Shown: positions 34,767 through 43,510 of the stretch, piece after piece
Layout: every line of letters starts with the position of its first letter
How positions within the stretch are numbered: the stretch's first letter is position 1
Origin: a virus
Length of the DNA stretch: 64,000 nucleotides
Virus record (IMG/VR): IMGVR_UViG_3300033997_000035
Span: 1-64,000 of that record
Reading direction: 5' to 3' (one strand)
Notes under the pieces: generated by a model
The model's database searches: none
Told to the model about the DNA's origin: nothing
Seen by the model: the letters and a program-made list of their open reading frames with translations, nothing else
Program-made: the position numbers and the translations under genes

Positions 34767-36962
34767 ATGAAAGATTGGATTTGGGACATCGAGACTTACC
34801 CTAATGTGATAACATTTTGCTTTGCTGACGTTAGTGCTAGGAAGATGAAAGTATTTGAATTGTCTAACCGTAAAGACCAACGCAATGAGTTATTTGAATA
34901 TCTCAGAAATATATACAGGGTTAAAGGAAGGCTAATCGGCTTCAATAGTGTCGGTTTCGATTACCCTGTATTACATAAACTTCTGAATGACCAGACAATG
35001 AGTGCTAACCAAATTTATAAGTATGCCATGAAGGTTATCAGTGCTGAAAATAAATGGGAGCACGTAGTTAGAACCAAAGATGAATTTATCACGCAGGTGG
35101 ATCTATTTAAGATTCACCACTTTGATAATAAAGCAAAAGCTACGTCATTGAAAATGATTGAGTATAATTCTCGTTCAGCTAATATTGAAGATCTACCGTT
35201 CCCAGTAGGTAAAATGTTGTCCGATGTAGAAATTGATGTATTAATCAAATATAATATGCATGACGTTAAAGAAACCTTTAAGTTTTACGAACAAAGTATG
35301 GAACAAATTGAATTCCGTGAGAAGTTGCAGAAAGATTATGGCATGAATGCACTCAATTGGAATGACCCGAAGATCGGTTCTGAATATTTTATCATGGAGC
35401 TTGAAAAATCTGGTATTAAATGTTATGACCAAGCTGGTAAGGTTCGACAAACTAAACGACCTTATATTGATTTGGCGAACTGTATTTTCCCATATATCGA
35501 GTTTGAGCGACCCGAGTTCAAGGCCGTCTTGGAGTGGTTCAAGCAGCAGCGTATTACTGAGACAAAAGGTGTATTCAGTGATATCCTAGAACATGAGTTA
35601 GGTGATGTAGCCAAATATGCTCTCATGGTAACCAAGCAGGAGAAGTTGAAGGATAAACCCACCGAACAACAAATCGCTGAGTTGAAGAAAGTCAAACCTT
35701 TGTGTTGGATTGAAGAACGTGAACTGAAGGCTAAGTTACCTAAGAAAGATGGAGGTGGCTTCAAAAAAGCTTATTATGTGTGTTGGCGAATCGCAGAAAG
35801 TCTAAACGTTGTAATCAATGGTATGTGTTATGTGTTCGGGGTTGGCGGCTTGCATTCGAGTATGGATAAACATGTTGTCGTCTCAGATGATGAATATATC
35901 ATAGAAGACGAGGACGTGAGTTCATATTACCCTAACTTGGCAATCAAAAATCGAGTATTCCCTCAGCATTTAGGTGTGGAATTCTGTGATATTTATGAGT
36001 ATTTGTATAACCTACGTAAGACTTACGATAAAAAGTCAGCAGAAAATGCAATGCTCAAGTTGGCCTTAAACGGGACATATGGTAAGTCTAACGACAAGTT
36101 TAGTTCATTCTATGACCCTAAGTTTACAATGAGCATTACGATTAACGGTCAGTTATCACTGTGCATGTTGGTGGAGAAACTATTAAAGCTTGATGGGTTA
36201 CAAATTATTCAGTGCAACACGGATGGGGTAACATTTAGACGTAAGCGTGAACATGAACAACGTACTTTAGATATTGTAAAGTGGTGGCAAGATACTACTA
36301 AGTTAGAACTTGAGAGATGTGACTACTCTAAGATGGTAATACGTGATGTGAACTCATACATTGCTGTGAAATTGGATGGTAGTTTGAAAAACAAAGGTGC
36401 GTATGAGTGGAAGGATTTACCTCACCATAAAAATCAATCCGCACTTGTTGTAAAAATGGCGGCAGAAGCTTATTTGGTGAACTCCGTAGACCCTGAAGAT
36501 TTCATCCGTAATCACCAGAACTCGTATGATTTCATGTTAAGGGTTAAGGTTCCACGTAGTAGTAAACTTGTGTTAGTTGATGAAAACGGTAACGACCATC
36601 AAATACAGAATATTTCCAGATATTATGTATCTACAAAAGGTGGCGACATGGTGAAAGTTATGCCACCAATTGAACCAACTAAAACAGAACAATTATGGGA
36701 AAATGTTGATGAGATGGATGAGGTCGTGATATCATCAAAATCTGACATTGCTAAGTATGAAAAGAAAGGTTACAAATTCGTTAAGGAGGTTGAAACTGAA
36801 TGCCCAGAACGAAGATTTAATATTGAAGCTGGTTGGAAAACTAAAGTAACCAACGACATTAAACAATTTGACTGGGATATAGATTATGACTATTATATCG
36901 AACGGACTTGGAAACTGATTGATTTTGCTGACGGTGATGACGTTGTAGAATCAGAAGATTAA
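34767..36962 (+). CDS. family-B DNA polymerase with 3'-5' exonuclease domain
   Basis: Exo I WDIETYP, Exo II NSVGFDYPVL, Exo III YNMHDVKE. Pol motif A DVSSYYPNLAI (DxxSLYPS), motif B KLALNGTYGKS (KxxxNSxYG), motif C QCNTDGV (DTD-like). Confidence 0.8.
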   Translation: MKDWIWDIETYPNVITFCFADVSARKMKVFELSNRKDQRNELFEYLRNIYRVKGRLIGFNSVGFDYPVLHKLLNDQTMSANQIYKYAMKVISAENKWEHVVRTKDEFITQVDLFKIHHFDNKAKATSLKMIEYNSRSANIEDLPFPVGKMLSDVEIDVLIKYNMHDVKETFKFYEQSMEQIEFREKLQKDYGMNALNWNDPKIGSEYFIMELEKSGIKCYDQAGKVRQTKRPYIDLANCIFPYIEFERPEFKAVLEWFKQQRITETKGVFSDILEHELGDVAKYALMVTKQEKLKDKPTEQQIAELKKVKPLCWIEERELKAKLPKKDGGGFKKAYYVCWRIAESLNVVINGMCYVFGVGGLHSSMDKHVVVSDDEYIIEDEDVSSYYPNLAIKNRVFPQHLGVEFCDIYEYLYNLRKTYDKKSAENAMLKLALNGTYGKSNDKFSSFYDPKFTMSITINGQLSLCMLVEKLLKLDGLQIIQCNTDGVTFRRKREHEQRTLDIVKWWQDTTKLELERCDYSKMVIRDVNSYIAVKLDGSLKNKGAYEWKDLPHHKNQSALVVKMAAEAYLVNSVDPEDFIRNHQNSYDFMLRVKVPRSSKLVLVDENGNDHQIQNISRYYVSTKGGDMVKVMPPIEPTKTEQLWENVDEMDEVVISSKSDIAKYEKKGYKFVKEVETECPERRFNIEAGWKTKVTNDIKQFDWDIDYDYYIERTWKLIDFADGDDVVESED

Positions 36963-36964
36963 CT

Positions 36965-36994
36965 TTAAACCCTCTTCGGAGGGTTTAATATTTT
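36965..36994 (+). terminator. intrinsic terminator
   Basis: TTAAACCCTC-TTCG-GAGGGTTTAA followed by TATTTT. Confidence 0.7.
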
Positions 36995-37035
36995 ATCTTA
37001 TTATGATATAATATTATATACACAGGAGATATTTT

Positions 37036-37212
37036 ATGTATAGAACTTACGAAGAAATCTTGCAATCTATGATAGATGGTAAAACTACGTCTAGGAATGC
37101 AACACGTTATATTTACAATTACAAGAAACAGAAGAAATACGATCTTGCTGTTATGTGGTTTAGAGCTAAAATTGAATATGAGGAAGATTATGGAAGCGAA
37201 AAAGATACTTAA
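37036..37212 (+). CDS. hypothetical small protein (58 aa)
   Basis: AGGAG RBS; overlaps the start of the endonuclease gene. Confidence 0.4.
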   Translation: MYRTYEEILQSMIDGKTTSRNATRYIYNYKKQKKYDLAVMWFRAKIEYEEDYGSEKDT

Positions 37213-38458
37213 TAAAAGTGCAAAACAGTTACAGTTTATAGGCAGTTCATTTCATAAAGAAGGGTTAGGTGTGTTAACTGTTACAGACTCATACAATAAA
37301 GGTAATAATACTTTATTTTCTGTACACTGCTCTGTTTGTTCAAATGATTGTGAATTATTTCCTGAAAAAGAAATGCTAATAAGTAAGAATAATCTAAATC
37401 AAGGTAAGTACCCATGCAGGTGTTCTTCTGGTTGGAAACCTTCTAATTATCAGTATAAGGTGATGGTGCTGAGGTTCGCAAAACAAAATAAAGATGAGAT
37501 TTTAGATTTTGATGAAAATTCAAATATTAAGGTTCGCACTAAAGGGTTTAAGGATTGGCGTGTGTCCGCAAATGAATATCTGAATGGTAAACGCTCTCTA
37601 GGTGAAGCAATGTCTAATAAGATTACTAATCTAAGAAAACCAGATAACGTATACATAGATAGGTTTATGGGTGGCGGATCTTTCTTGGAAGGTACTAGGT
37701 TTTGGAGGTCTGATAAAAGAGATTCAAGGGGTTATTATTCTTACTGGAACTATATTTGTCCGTTATGCTCGCAAGATGAGTATGTTGAAAATAATCTATG
37801 TAGTGGTATTTTTACAGGAGCACTAAGTACGTTATCTGCTGGAAGTTTAGCCTGTAGGTGCTCTCAGAATTTTAAATGGTCACAGCAGCAAAGAGAGTAT
37901 CAACTTAAGAAGATACTTACTAGCGAGTCCTGCCAATTCACAGGCTGGTGTGGCAAATATTCTGGGGCGTTTTCGAAGTTTAATTGGATATGTAGTAAAG
38001 GTCACGAATGTTCCACTGAAGTTTCCAACTTTATACACCTTATGCACAGATGTAAAACTTGTTCTGAAAGTGTGTTCGGATTTTATCATGAGCGCTCCAA
38101 CGATAATGATTTTCTATACTTATTAAAGTTTTGTAACACTGATGAACTTTTCTATAAAATAGGTAGAACATTTAAACCAAAAGAGAGATTCAAATATTTC
38201 AGTGAATTCTATAACATAGATGTAGTATCTGTAGTAGAAGATTTGCATATCAATGTTTACCAAAAAGAAAAATATTTCAAGAAAGAACTCTCTCTTAGAG
38301 GTTATCATTATACTCCAAAAGAATCATTTGATGGTAGTGCTCAGGAATGTTTCACACAAAATATTCTTAATCATTCTGAAGTGGTTCATATTTTTGGTCT
38401 AAAGGAGTTTGAAAATGATCCAATCAGCCACACTACTAACCTATCTACCTCGCGGTAG
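37190..38458 (+). CDS. free-standing T5orf172/GIY-YIG-like homing endonuclease with repeated Cys-rich N-terminal modules
   Basis: C-terminal FLYLLKFCNTDELFYKIGRTFKPKERFKYF (T5orf172-type motif). The N-terminus has repeated C..C..C[RS]C modules. Located directly downstream of the polymerase terminator. Confidence 0.6.
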   Translation: MEAKKILNKSAKQLQFIGSSFHKEGLGVLTVTDSYNKGNNTLFSVHCSVCSNDCELFPEKEMLISKNNLNQGKYPCRCSSGWKPSNYQYKVMVLRFAKQNKDEILDFDENSNIKVRTKGFKDWRVSANEYLNGKRSLGEAMSNKITNLRKPDNVYIDRFMGGGSFLEGTRFWRSDKRDSRGYYSYWNYICPLCSQDEYVENNLCSGIFTGALSTLSAGSLACRCSQNFKWSQQQREYQLKKILTSESCQFTGWCGKYSGAFSKFNWICSKGHECSTEVSNFIHLMHRCKTCSESVFGFYHERSNDNDFLYLLKFCNTDELFYKIGRTFKPKERFKYFSEFYNIDVVSVVEDLHINVYQKEKYFKKELSLRGYHYTPKESFDGSAQECFTQNILNHSEVVHIFGLKEFENDPISHTTNLSTSR

Positions 38459-38606
38459 CACCTATTTTGTGCTTCATCACGATGTGGATATCAAGTCAGA
38501 CGATGATACTTGGGTGAAAGGTTGTGTATACCAGTGTTTGTCTACCAAACAAGTGTATGTTCGTTCGTATCATTTGTTTTGCGTGGATAATTGGAAATGT
38601 AGTTGA
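38415..38606 (+). CDS. hypothetical protein
   Basis: ATG 7 nt after AAGGAG. Confidence 0.45.
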   Translation: MIQSATLLTYLPRGSTYFVLHHDVDIKSDDDTWVKGCVYQCLSTKQVYVRSYHLFCVDNWKCS

Positions 38607-38632
38607 CACCATCCACTCTCCCACACTATAAT
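38603..38632 (+). promoter_or_regulatory. promoter TTGACA-N18-TATAAT
   Basis: -35 at 38603-38608, -10 at 38627-38632. Confidence 0.55.
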
Positions 38633-38737
38633 CCCTTCAGACATTAACGTTTGAGGGGATTATATTTATCTACCGAATGCCCTTGACAACCCAATTAACG
38701 CTTGATATCTTATAACACACATTAAATTATTGGAGAC

Positions 38738-38941
38738 ATGAATATGACTGAACCTTTATTCAACAAAGGTGATATTGTAAAACATAAACATTTTGATATT
38801 CGAAAACAAATCATCAAGGTGTATGAAGATGATGGTGGTTTCTCATATAGTGTCGGTACTGAAGCTATGCACCATTTTTATACAGAAGATGAACTGGTTT
38901 CAGAGTTTGACAAAGTTGAATTTATTAAACAATCTACTTGA
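38738..38941 (+). CDS. hypothetical protein
   Basis: 67-aa ORF with GGAGA RBS. Confidence 0.5.
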   Translation: MNMTEPLFNKGDIVKHKHFDIRKQIIKVYEDDGGFSYSVGTEAMHHFYTEDELVSEFDKVEFIKQST

Positions 38942-38965
38942 CACCCACACAACCCTTGCTATAAT
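38938..38965 (+). promoter_or_regulatory. promoter TTGACA-N16-TATAAT
   Basis: -35 at 38938-38943, -10 at 38960-38965. Confidence 0.55.
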
Positions 38966-38993
38966 GTGTGTCATAAATTGATTAATTGGAGGA

Positions 38994-39536
38994 ATGAATA
39001 TGTGGATTAAAGAAAGTGATTTGCAACTGAAGATACATGACGCTGAACGGTTGTCGGCCTTTAGGGAGAATATGGGTAAGGATTTTATATTCCCTGAAAT
39101 TTATCGTGGTATGGTTACAGTTCTTACTTGTGGTGCTTGGTTGTTAGACATCTGCTACTCCAATGTAAAGGATTGTGTCTGTGATAATTTATTTTTAGAT
39201 GATAACAACAGCATTGTGATCCCAAAAGGTTTGGATGCTTTGGTTGATTGTTATCATAAAGACTTTACAAGTATCCCGTCATATGGATGTTGTGATTGGT
39301 TCGATGACACAGAGAAGATGATTGATAACTTGTTGAAGTTTTACCCAGAGTTAAATCTCCTCGGTGAAGCCAGTAACATGAAATTCGGGCTACGTTTCAA
39401 TCGTGCAATTGAAGACTTCCGTTTCCATAAGAATGGTGATTATCGTGGTGTGGATGAGGGATTGATCGGAGAACATGTACATGAATCTCCAAAAGATCAA
39501 TACTTACTATTTTCTGTTGTTAAATTGGTAGATTAA
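38994..39536 (+). CDS. hypothetical protein
   Basis: 180-aa ORF with GGAGG RBS. Confidence 0.6.
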   Translation: MNMWIKESDLQLKIHDAERLSAFRENMGKDFIFPEIYRGMVTVLTCGAWLLDICYSNVKDCVCDNLFLDDNNSIVIPKGLDALVDCYHKDFTSIPSYGCCDWFDDTEKMIDNLLKFYPELNLLGEASNMKFGLRFNRAIEDFRFHKNGDYRGVDEGLIGEHVHESPKDQYLLFSVVKLVD

Positions 39537-39548
39537 GGAGGAATGTGA

Positions 39549-39776
39549 ATGTCATTAACACAACTACTTTCATCTTATGATGAAATTAAACTTGCTGTCC
39601 CTAGTTATCGCTTGGGGCAACATATAGTCAACACTATGAATTTAAACACCTCAGTGATTGACATGCCAGTGGACTTGTTTTATATTAAGGATGACAAACG
39701 TGCTTACGAAGTGTTTCTGGTAATGTGTGAGCAATATTGTTGGGATGTGTCAGATTTACCCGTGTTTAATAAATAA
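39549..39776 (+). CDS. hypothetical protein
   Basis: 75-aa ORF with AAGGAGG RBS. Confidence 0.55.
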   Translation: MSLTQLLSSYDEIKLAVPSYRLGQHIVNTMNLNTSVIDMPVDLFYIKDDKRAYEVFLVMCEQYCWDVSDLPVFNK

Positions 39777-39786
39777 GGAGAAATAA

Positions 39787-40074
39787 ATGTATATAGTTTT
39801 CAAACGTTCGGATGTACCTAGAGCACTCATTATCGCTTCCCAGAGCGACCCTGTTGCATGCGGACGATGTTATGCATGTAACACTAACAACCTGTGCGTT
39901 TCGCCATCACAGAGCGTCTCAGTGCTTCTGAAACAGGAGGATGATACGTTCTGGTTACAGGAAGAAGCTAATGGAACATTGTCGATGTTAGTGGGCATGT
40001 TTGGTAAGAGTAAGAACAGGTTGACGCAGCTACTTGAGCGAAACGCAATCCCTTACCGTATCGTTAAGAGTTGA
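39787..40074 (+). CDS. hypothetical protein
   Basis: 95-aa ORF with AAGGAG RBS. Confidence 0.55.
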   Translation: MYIVFKRSDVPRALIIASQSDPVACGRCYACNTNNLCVSPSQSVSVLLKQEDDTFWLQEEANGTLSMLVGMFGKSKNRLTQLLERNAIPYRIVKS

Positions 40075-40078
40075 CGTT

Positions 40079-40414
40079 ATGATAGCTTACAAACTATTCA
40101 GACTAACAAAGGATGGTCAACTAGCACCATTATTTATCAATAGGAAATTACGTGTGCCTGTTGGTGAGTGGCTGGATGCAGAGTGTCATCCAACTAAAGG
40201 ATTTGCCGTCCGACAAGGCTGGCACCTTACTCTACTACCACGTGCACCACACTTGAAGGATGAATTAAAGTCTGGAGAGAAACGTGTATGGTGTGAAGTT
40301 GAATGTGATAACTTTGAATATTTCACTAGACCAGAATCTCAGGGCGGTATGTGGGTGTTAGCCCAACGAATGAAAGTAAACCGTGTATTAACTAAGGAGG
40401 TTAAAAACAGTTAA
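40079..40414 (+). CDS. hypothetical protein
   Basis: ATG at 40079 (MIAYKLFRL...). Confidence 0.5.
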   Translation: MIAYKLFRLTKDGQLAPLFINRKLRVPVGEWLDAECHPTKGFAVRQGWHLTLLPRAPHLKDELKSGEKRVWCEVECDNFEYFTRPESQGGMWVLAQRMKVNRVLTKEVKNS

Positions 40415-40421
40415 TTAAATA

Positions 40422-40451
40422 TTGACAAACATTAACCGTTTAGTTTAAAAT
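40422..40451 (+). promoter_or_regulatory. promoter TTGACA-N18-TAAAAT
   Basis: Immediately upstream of the first tnpB. Confidence 0.55.
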
Positions 40452-40486
40452 GTAGTAACATTGGTTAAATACTATAGGAGGTCGTA

Positions 40487-41587
40487 ATGTTATTATCACA
40501 TAAGGTCGAATTACGACCTTCTAAAGAACAAGAACAATATCTATTACAACTGTGTGGAACCACAAGGCACTTGTGGAATCAACTACTTCACTACTTTAGT
40601 AGTGGTGATGTTAAATGGAATAAGAAGACCGCTAGGGAAAAGATGTACTCTTTAAGGGAAGAATTCCCTTGGTACAATGACTACTCCGCTAACATCGTTA
40701 GATGTTCTATAGATAATCTTGATAATGCTTATAAGAGGTTCTTTAAAACTAAGAAAGGTTACCCTAAGTTTAAGAGTAAACATCAGAAGCGAAGCTTCAA
40801 TATCTATGAATCTCGGAAGTTTTCTGTAGTAGGTAGGGATTTTAGAATAGAGAAATTCAATAATTCTAAGAAATCTAAACCTATTAAGATGAGGGAGAAG
40901 CTACGCTTTGATGGCAAGGTAAAACAAGCTAATGTCTCTTTCCAGAATGGAAAGTGGTTTTGCTCTTTCTTAGTAGAGGTGGAAAACTACAAAAATATCT
41001 CTGGACAACACGGAAGTGTTGGTATTGATTTAGGTATCAAAGATTTAGCTACACTATCTGATGGAACTACGTTCCAAAAGAGTAACAAACTAACTCTAAG
41101 TCTGTATAAATTAGTTAAACTTCAAAAGAAGTTATCTAAGAAAAAGAAAGGTTCTAATCGTTATGCGAAAGCCAAGCTTTCGATTAGTAAGCTTCATTTT
41201 AGAATACGTAAACAACGTGAAGCGTTGCTTCACAATGTAAGCCATACAATTACATCTAAGTATAAAACTATCTGCTTAGAGGATCTGTCTGTTTCGTCTA
41301 TGACGAAGGGTAAGAATAAGAATTTGAATAGAATGATCTTAGATGTAGGTATGTATGGGTTTCGTAGGCAACTGGAGTATAAATCTTTCTTAAGAGGTGT
41401 TGACATCTACTTCGTGGATAGATATTATCCATCAAGTAAGATTCACAACGAATGTGGATTTAAGAACGATAACCTTAAACTAGGAGAATCTTCTTGGAAG
41501 TGTAATAACTGCGGTCAACTTGTTGACCGAGATTTAAATGCCTCTAAGAATATCCTTAAAGAAGGTTTGCGTTTAGCAAACAAGTAA
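40487..41587 (+). CDS. tnpB: TnpB (IS200/IS605-IS607 family OrfB, RNA-guided RuvC nuclease)
   Basis: N-terminal HKVELRPSKEQEQ. RuvC residues VGIDLGIKD, ICLEDLS and VDRDLNASKNI. C-terminal zinc-finger region. Confidence 0.9.
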   Translation: MLLSHKVELRPSKEQEQYLLQLCGTTRHLWNQLLHYFSSGDVKWNKKTAREKMYSLREEFPWYNDYSANIVRCSIDNLDNAYKRFFKTKKGYPKFKSKHQKRSFNIYESRKFSVVGRDFRIEKFNNSKKSKPIKMREKLRFDGKVKQANVSFQNGKWFCSFLVEVENYKNISGQHGSVGIDLGIKDLATLSDGTTFQKSNKLTLSLYKLVKLQKKLSKKKKGSNRYAKAKLSISKLHFRIRKQREALLHNVSHTITSKYKTICLEDLSVSSMTKGKNKNLNRMILDVGMYGFRRQLEYKSFLRGVDIYFVDRYYPSSKIHNECGFKNDNLKLGESSWKCNNCGQLVDRDLNASKNILKEGLRLANK

Positions 41588-41700
41588 AGAATAAAGATGA
41601 GACAGATTTCAGCTCATCTATAAACCCTACGTAGTAGGAGTGTAAGGCTTTGCTTGCAAAGCATCTCTGTTAATAACGTAGATTTGTTAACATTAGTTAA
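41480..41700 (+). ncRNA. candidate omega (right-end) RNA of TnpB copy 1
   Basis: Inferred from TnpB biology. Hairpins in the 3' flank: AGATGAG-N11-CTCATCT, CCTAC-GTA-GTAGG, GCTTTGC-TT-GCAAAGC. Boundaries not determined. Confidence 0.3.
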
Positions 41701-41718
41701 GGATTAGGAGTCGGAAAC

Positions 41719-41901
41719 ATGCAATTTAACTTCTCATTGTTAGATTTAGATATCGATGCACGAACACACACTTATGCGGCTTATTTGTGTAATGTATGGA
41801 GTGTCGATAAGGAAAGTGATACTTCGTTGCTACATGTAGCTTATGATGGTATTGCTAAACGAGTTTATTTGTCTGTGCTAGGATACACACTTCTAGGCTA
41901 G
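41719..41901 (+). CDS. hypothetical protein
   Basis: 60-aa ORF. Its 5' UTR (TAACATTAGTTAA..TAGGAGTCG) is duplicated upstream of tnpB. Confidence 0.45.
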   Translation: MQFNFSLLDLDIDARTHTYAAYLCNVWSVDKESDTSLLHVAYDGIAKRVYLSVLGYTLLG

Positions 41902-41941
41902 ATAATTAAAGAATTCAATTATCTACCTTGATAAATACTCA

Positions 41942-41970
41942 TTGAATTGGTGTAGGATGGGTGGTATAAT
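41942..41970 (+). promoter_or_regulatory. promoter TTGAAT-N17-TATAAT
   Basis: -35 at 41942-41947, -10 at 41965-41970; about 100-nt leader before the SSB-like gene. Confidence 0.55.
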
Positions 41971-42073
41971 TGTCTATCAGGAGAATTATTCCTGAGTGCA
42001 CTACGAGTAACTAGGTAGTGTTTATACATGGTAGCGGAAACGCTGATTTTTAAATAAAGATGAGGTAATATTA

Positions 42074-43219
42074 ATGCAATTTACATTTAACCCAGAAGTT
42101 CCAAAACAATCTCCACGTCCTCAGCAACAACGTGAAAGTAATGTTGATTGGGACAAGGTAAATGAATATCAAGCTAGTGTGCTTGGTATTGGTAAGCACA
42201 GCCTGATTGGTCGGATTGTGCAACTGTATGATTTGGGACTACAAGAACGTCAGGAAAAGTCTATCCCTTGGGATGCTACAAGTGAAAAAGACCACGGGTG
42301 GCGATTAGAGATTAACCCAGAAACTGGACTACAGAAAGATCCTTCTGCTAAAATCGAGATGGGTAAGTATAAGGGTAAAGAACAGGAGATCCTTACTTAC
42401 AAACCAACCGATGTTAGTCAGATGGCAATCGCTGTAGACTTCCCTGAGAAGATGATGAACTTATCCCAGTTCTTCAATCCCGAAGGTGAGCAAGTAGAAA
42501 AACCATTCCGTGATATTATTGGTCAAAATGGTTTTGGTGGTTTCCGAATTGTAGATGGTAATCGTGTGAACGTTATTGCACGTCCATTCAACTTGGCAGA
42601 GACCAACGTCAACCGTAATAAAAAGGATGCACCGTATCATTCTGCATTTGCTAAGAATGGTATGTTGTATGAACTTGCAGATTATTGTGGTGCGTTGGCA
42701 CCAGATGGTAACTTCCATATTGCAGATCTTACCAACCTGATTGGTAAAGTGTGTATGTTCGAAGTGGAAGTGAAGTGGAATGAGTGGAAGGATAAAAAAT
42801 CTGGGGAGACTAAGCGTAAGCTTGAAACTGATATTAAACCATCGGCACGTATGAGTCCTCGTGATGAAGCTTATTACAACTCAGACCTCAAACCCAAACT
42901 TGACGATGATGTATTAGGTGGCCTGTTGTTCCAAGGCGGTAACCGTGAACGAGATTTGAAGGAAGCTCGTGCTATTGTTATCAACACCATGTCATTGGCT
43001 AAGAACTGGAATGAGTCTAAGTTGAAGGCAGAATTAGAAGCTGTTCGTGCAGGTGGACAACAATCACCTTCGCAAACCCCTGTAGAAGCTCCTGAGAAGC
43101 ACGTAGCCGCGAGTTCTCAACCAGCCAATACGATGGTAGCACCGCAGCCTGTTAACTCAGTAGCGAGTGTTTCAGGTGGGTTGGACGAAGGTTGGGATGA
43201 CGATAAATACCCATTCTAA
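42074..43219 (+). CDS. ssDNA-binding-like protein with SSB-type acidic C-terminal tip
   Basis: C-terminus ...GWDDDKYPF resembles the DDDIPF tail of bacterial SSB and the acidic aromatic tail of T7 gp2.5. A Pro/Gln/Ala-rich linker precedes it. Lies in the replication block. Confidence 0.45.
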   Translation: MQFTFNPEVPKQSPRPQQQRESNVDWDKVNEYQASVLGIGKHSLIGRIVQLYDLGLQERQEKSIPWDATSEKDHGWRLEINPETGLQKDPSAKIEMGKYKGKEQEILTYKPTDVSQMAIAVDFPEKMMNLSQFFNPEGEQVEKPFRDIIGQNGFGGFRIVDGNRVNVIARPFNLAETNVNRNKKDAPYHSAFAKNGMLYELADYCGALAPDGNFHIADLTNLIGKVCMFEVEVKWNEWKDKKSGETKRKLETDIKPSARMSPRDEAYYNSDLKPKLDDDVLGGLLFQGGNRERDLKEARAIVINTMSLAKNWNESKLKAELEAVRAGGQQSPSQTPVEAPEKHVAASSQPANTMVAPQPVNSVASVSGGLDEGWDDDKYPF

Positions 43220-43480
43220 GGATGTCGTCAATAAACTTTGTGAATTGCTGGGAAATTAGACGATAAATTCATCGTATTGTCTGACAATCAGCAGGGAAGG
43301 TTACACTATGTAGTGTAACACCCTCCAGAGACTAACCTGATAAGGTGTAGGGGAGATTTCCTCGAAGCGCAAAAGTTGACTTCTGTCAGCCATGATATAG
43401 TCCACCACACGTTAGTGTGATCCCGTTTTAAGATGATATTCACTACTATCAATTACTAAATTGTATATGGTGTAATATGA

Positions 43481-43510
43481 AAAACCCGCCTGAGAAGGCG
43501 GGTTTTGTTT
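43481..43510. terminator. bidirectional intrinsic terminator
   Basis: AACCCGCC-TGAGAA-GGCGGGTT with flanking A-run and T-run, between convergent blocks. Confidence 0.75.
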
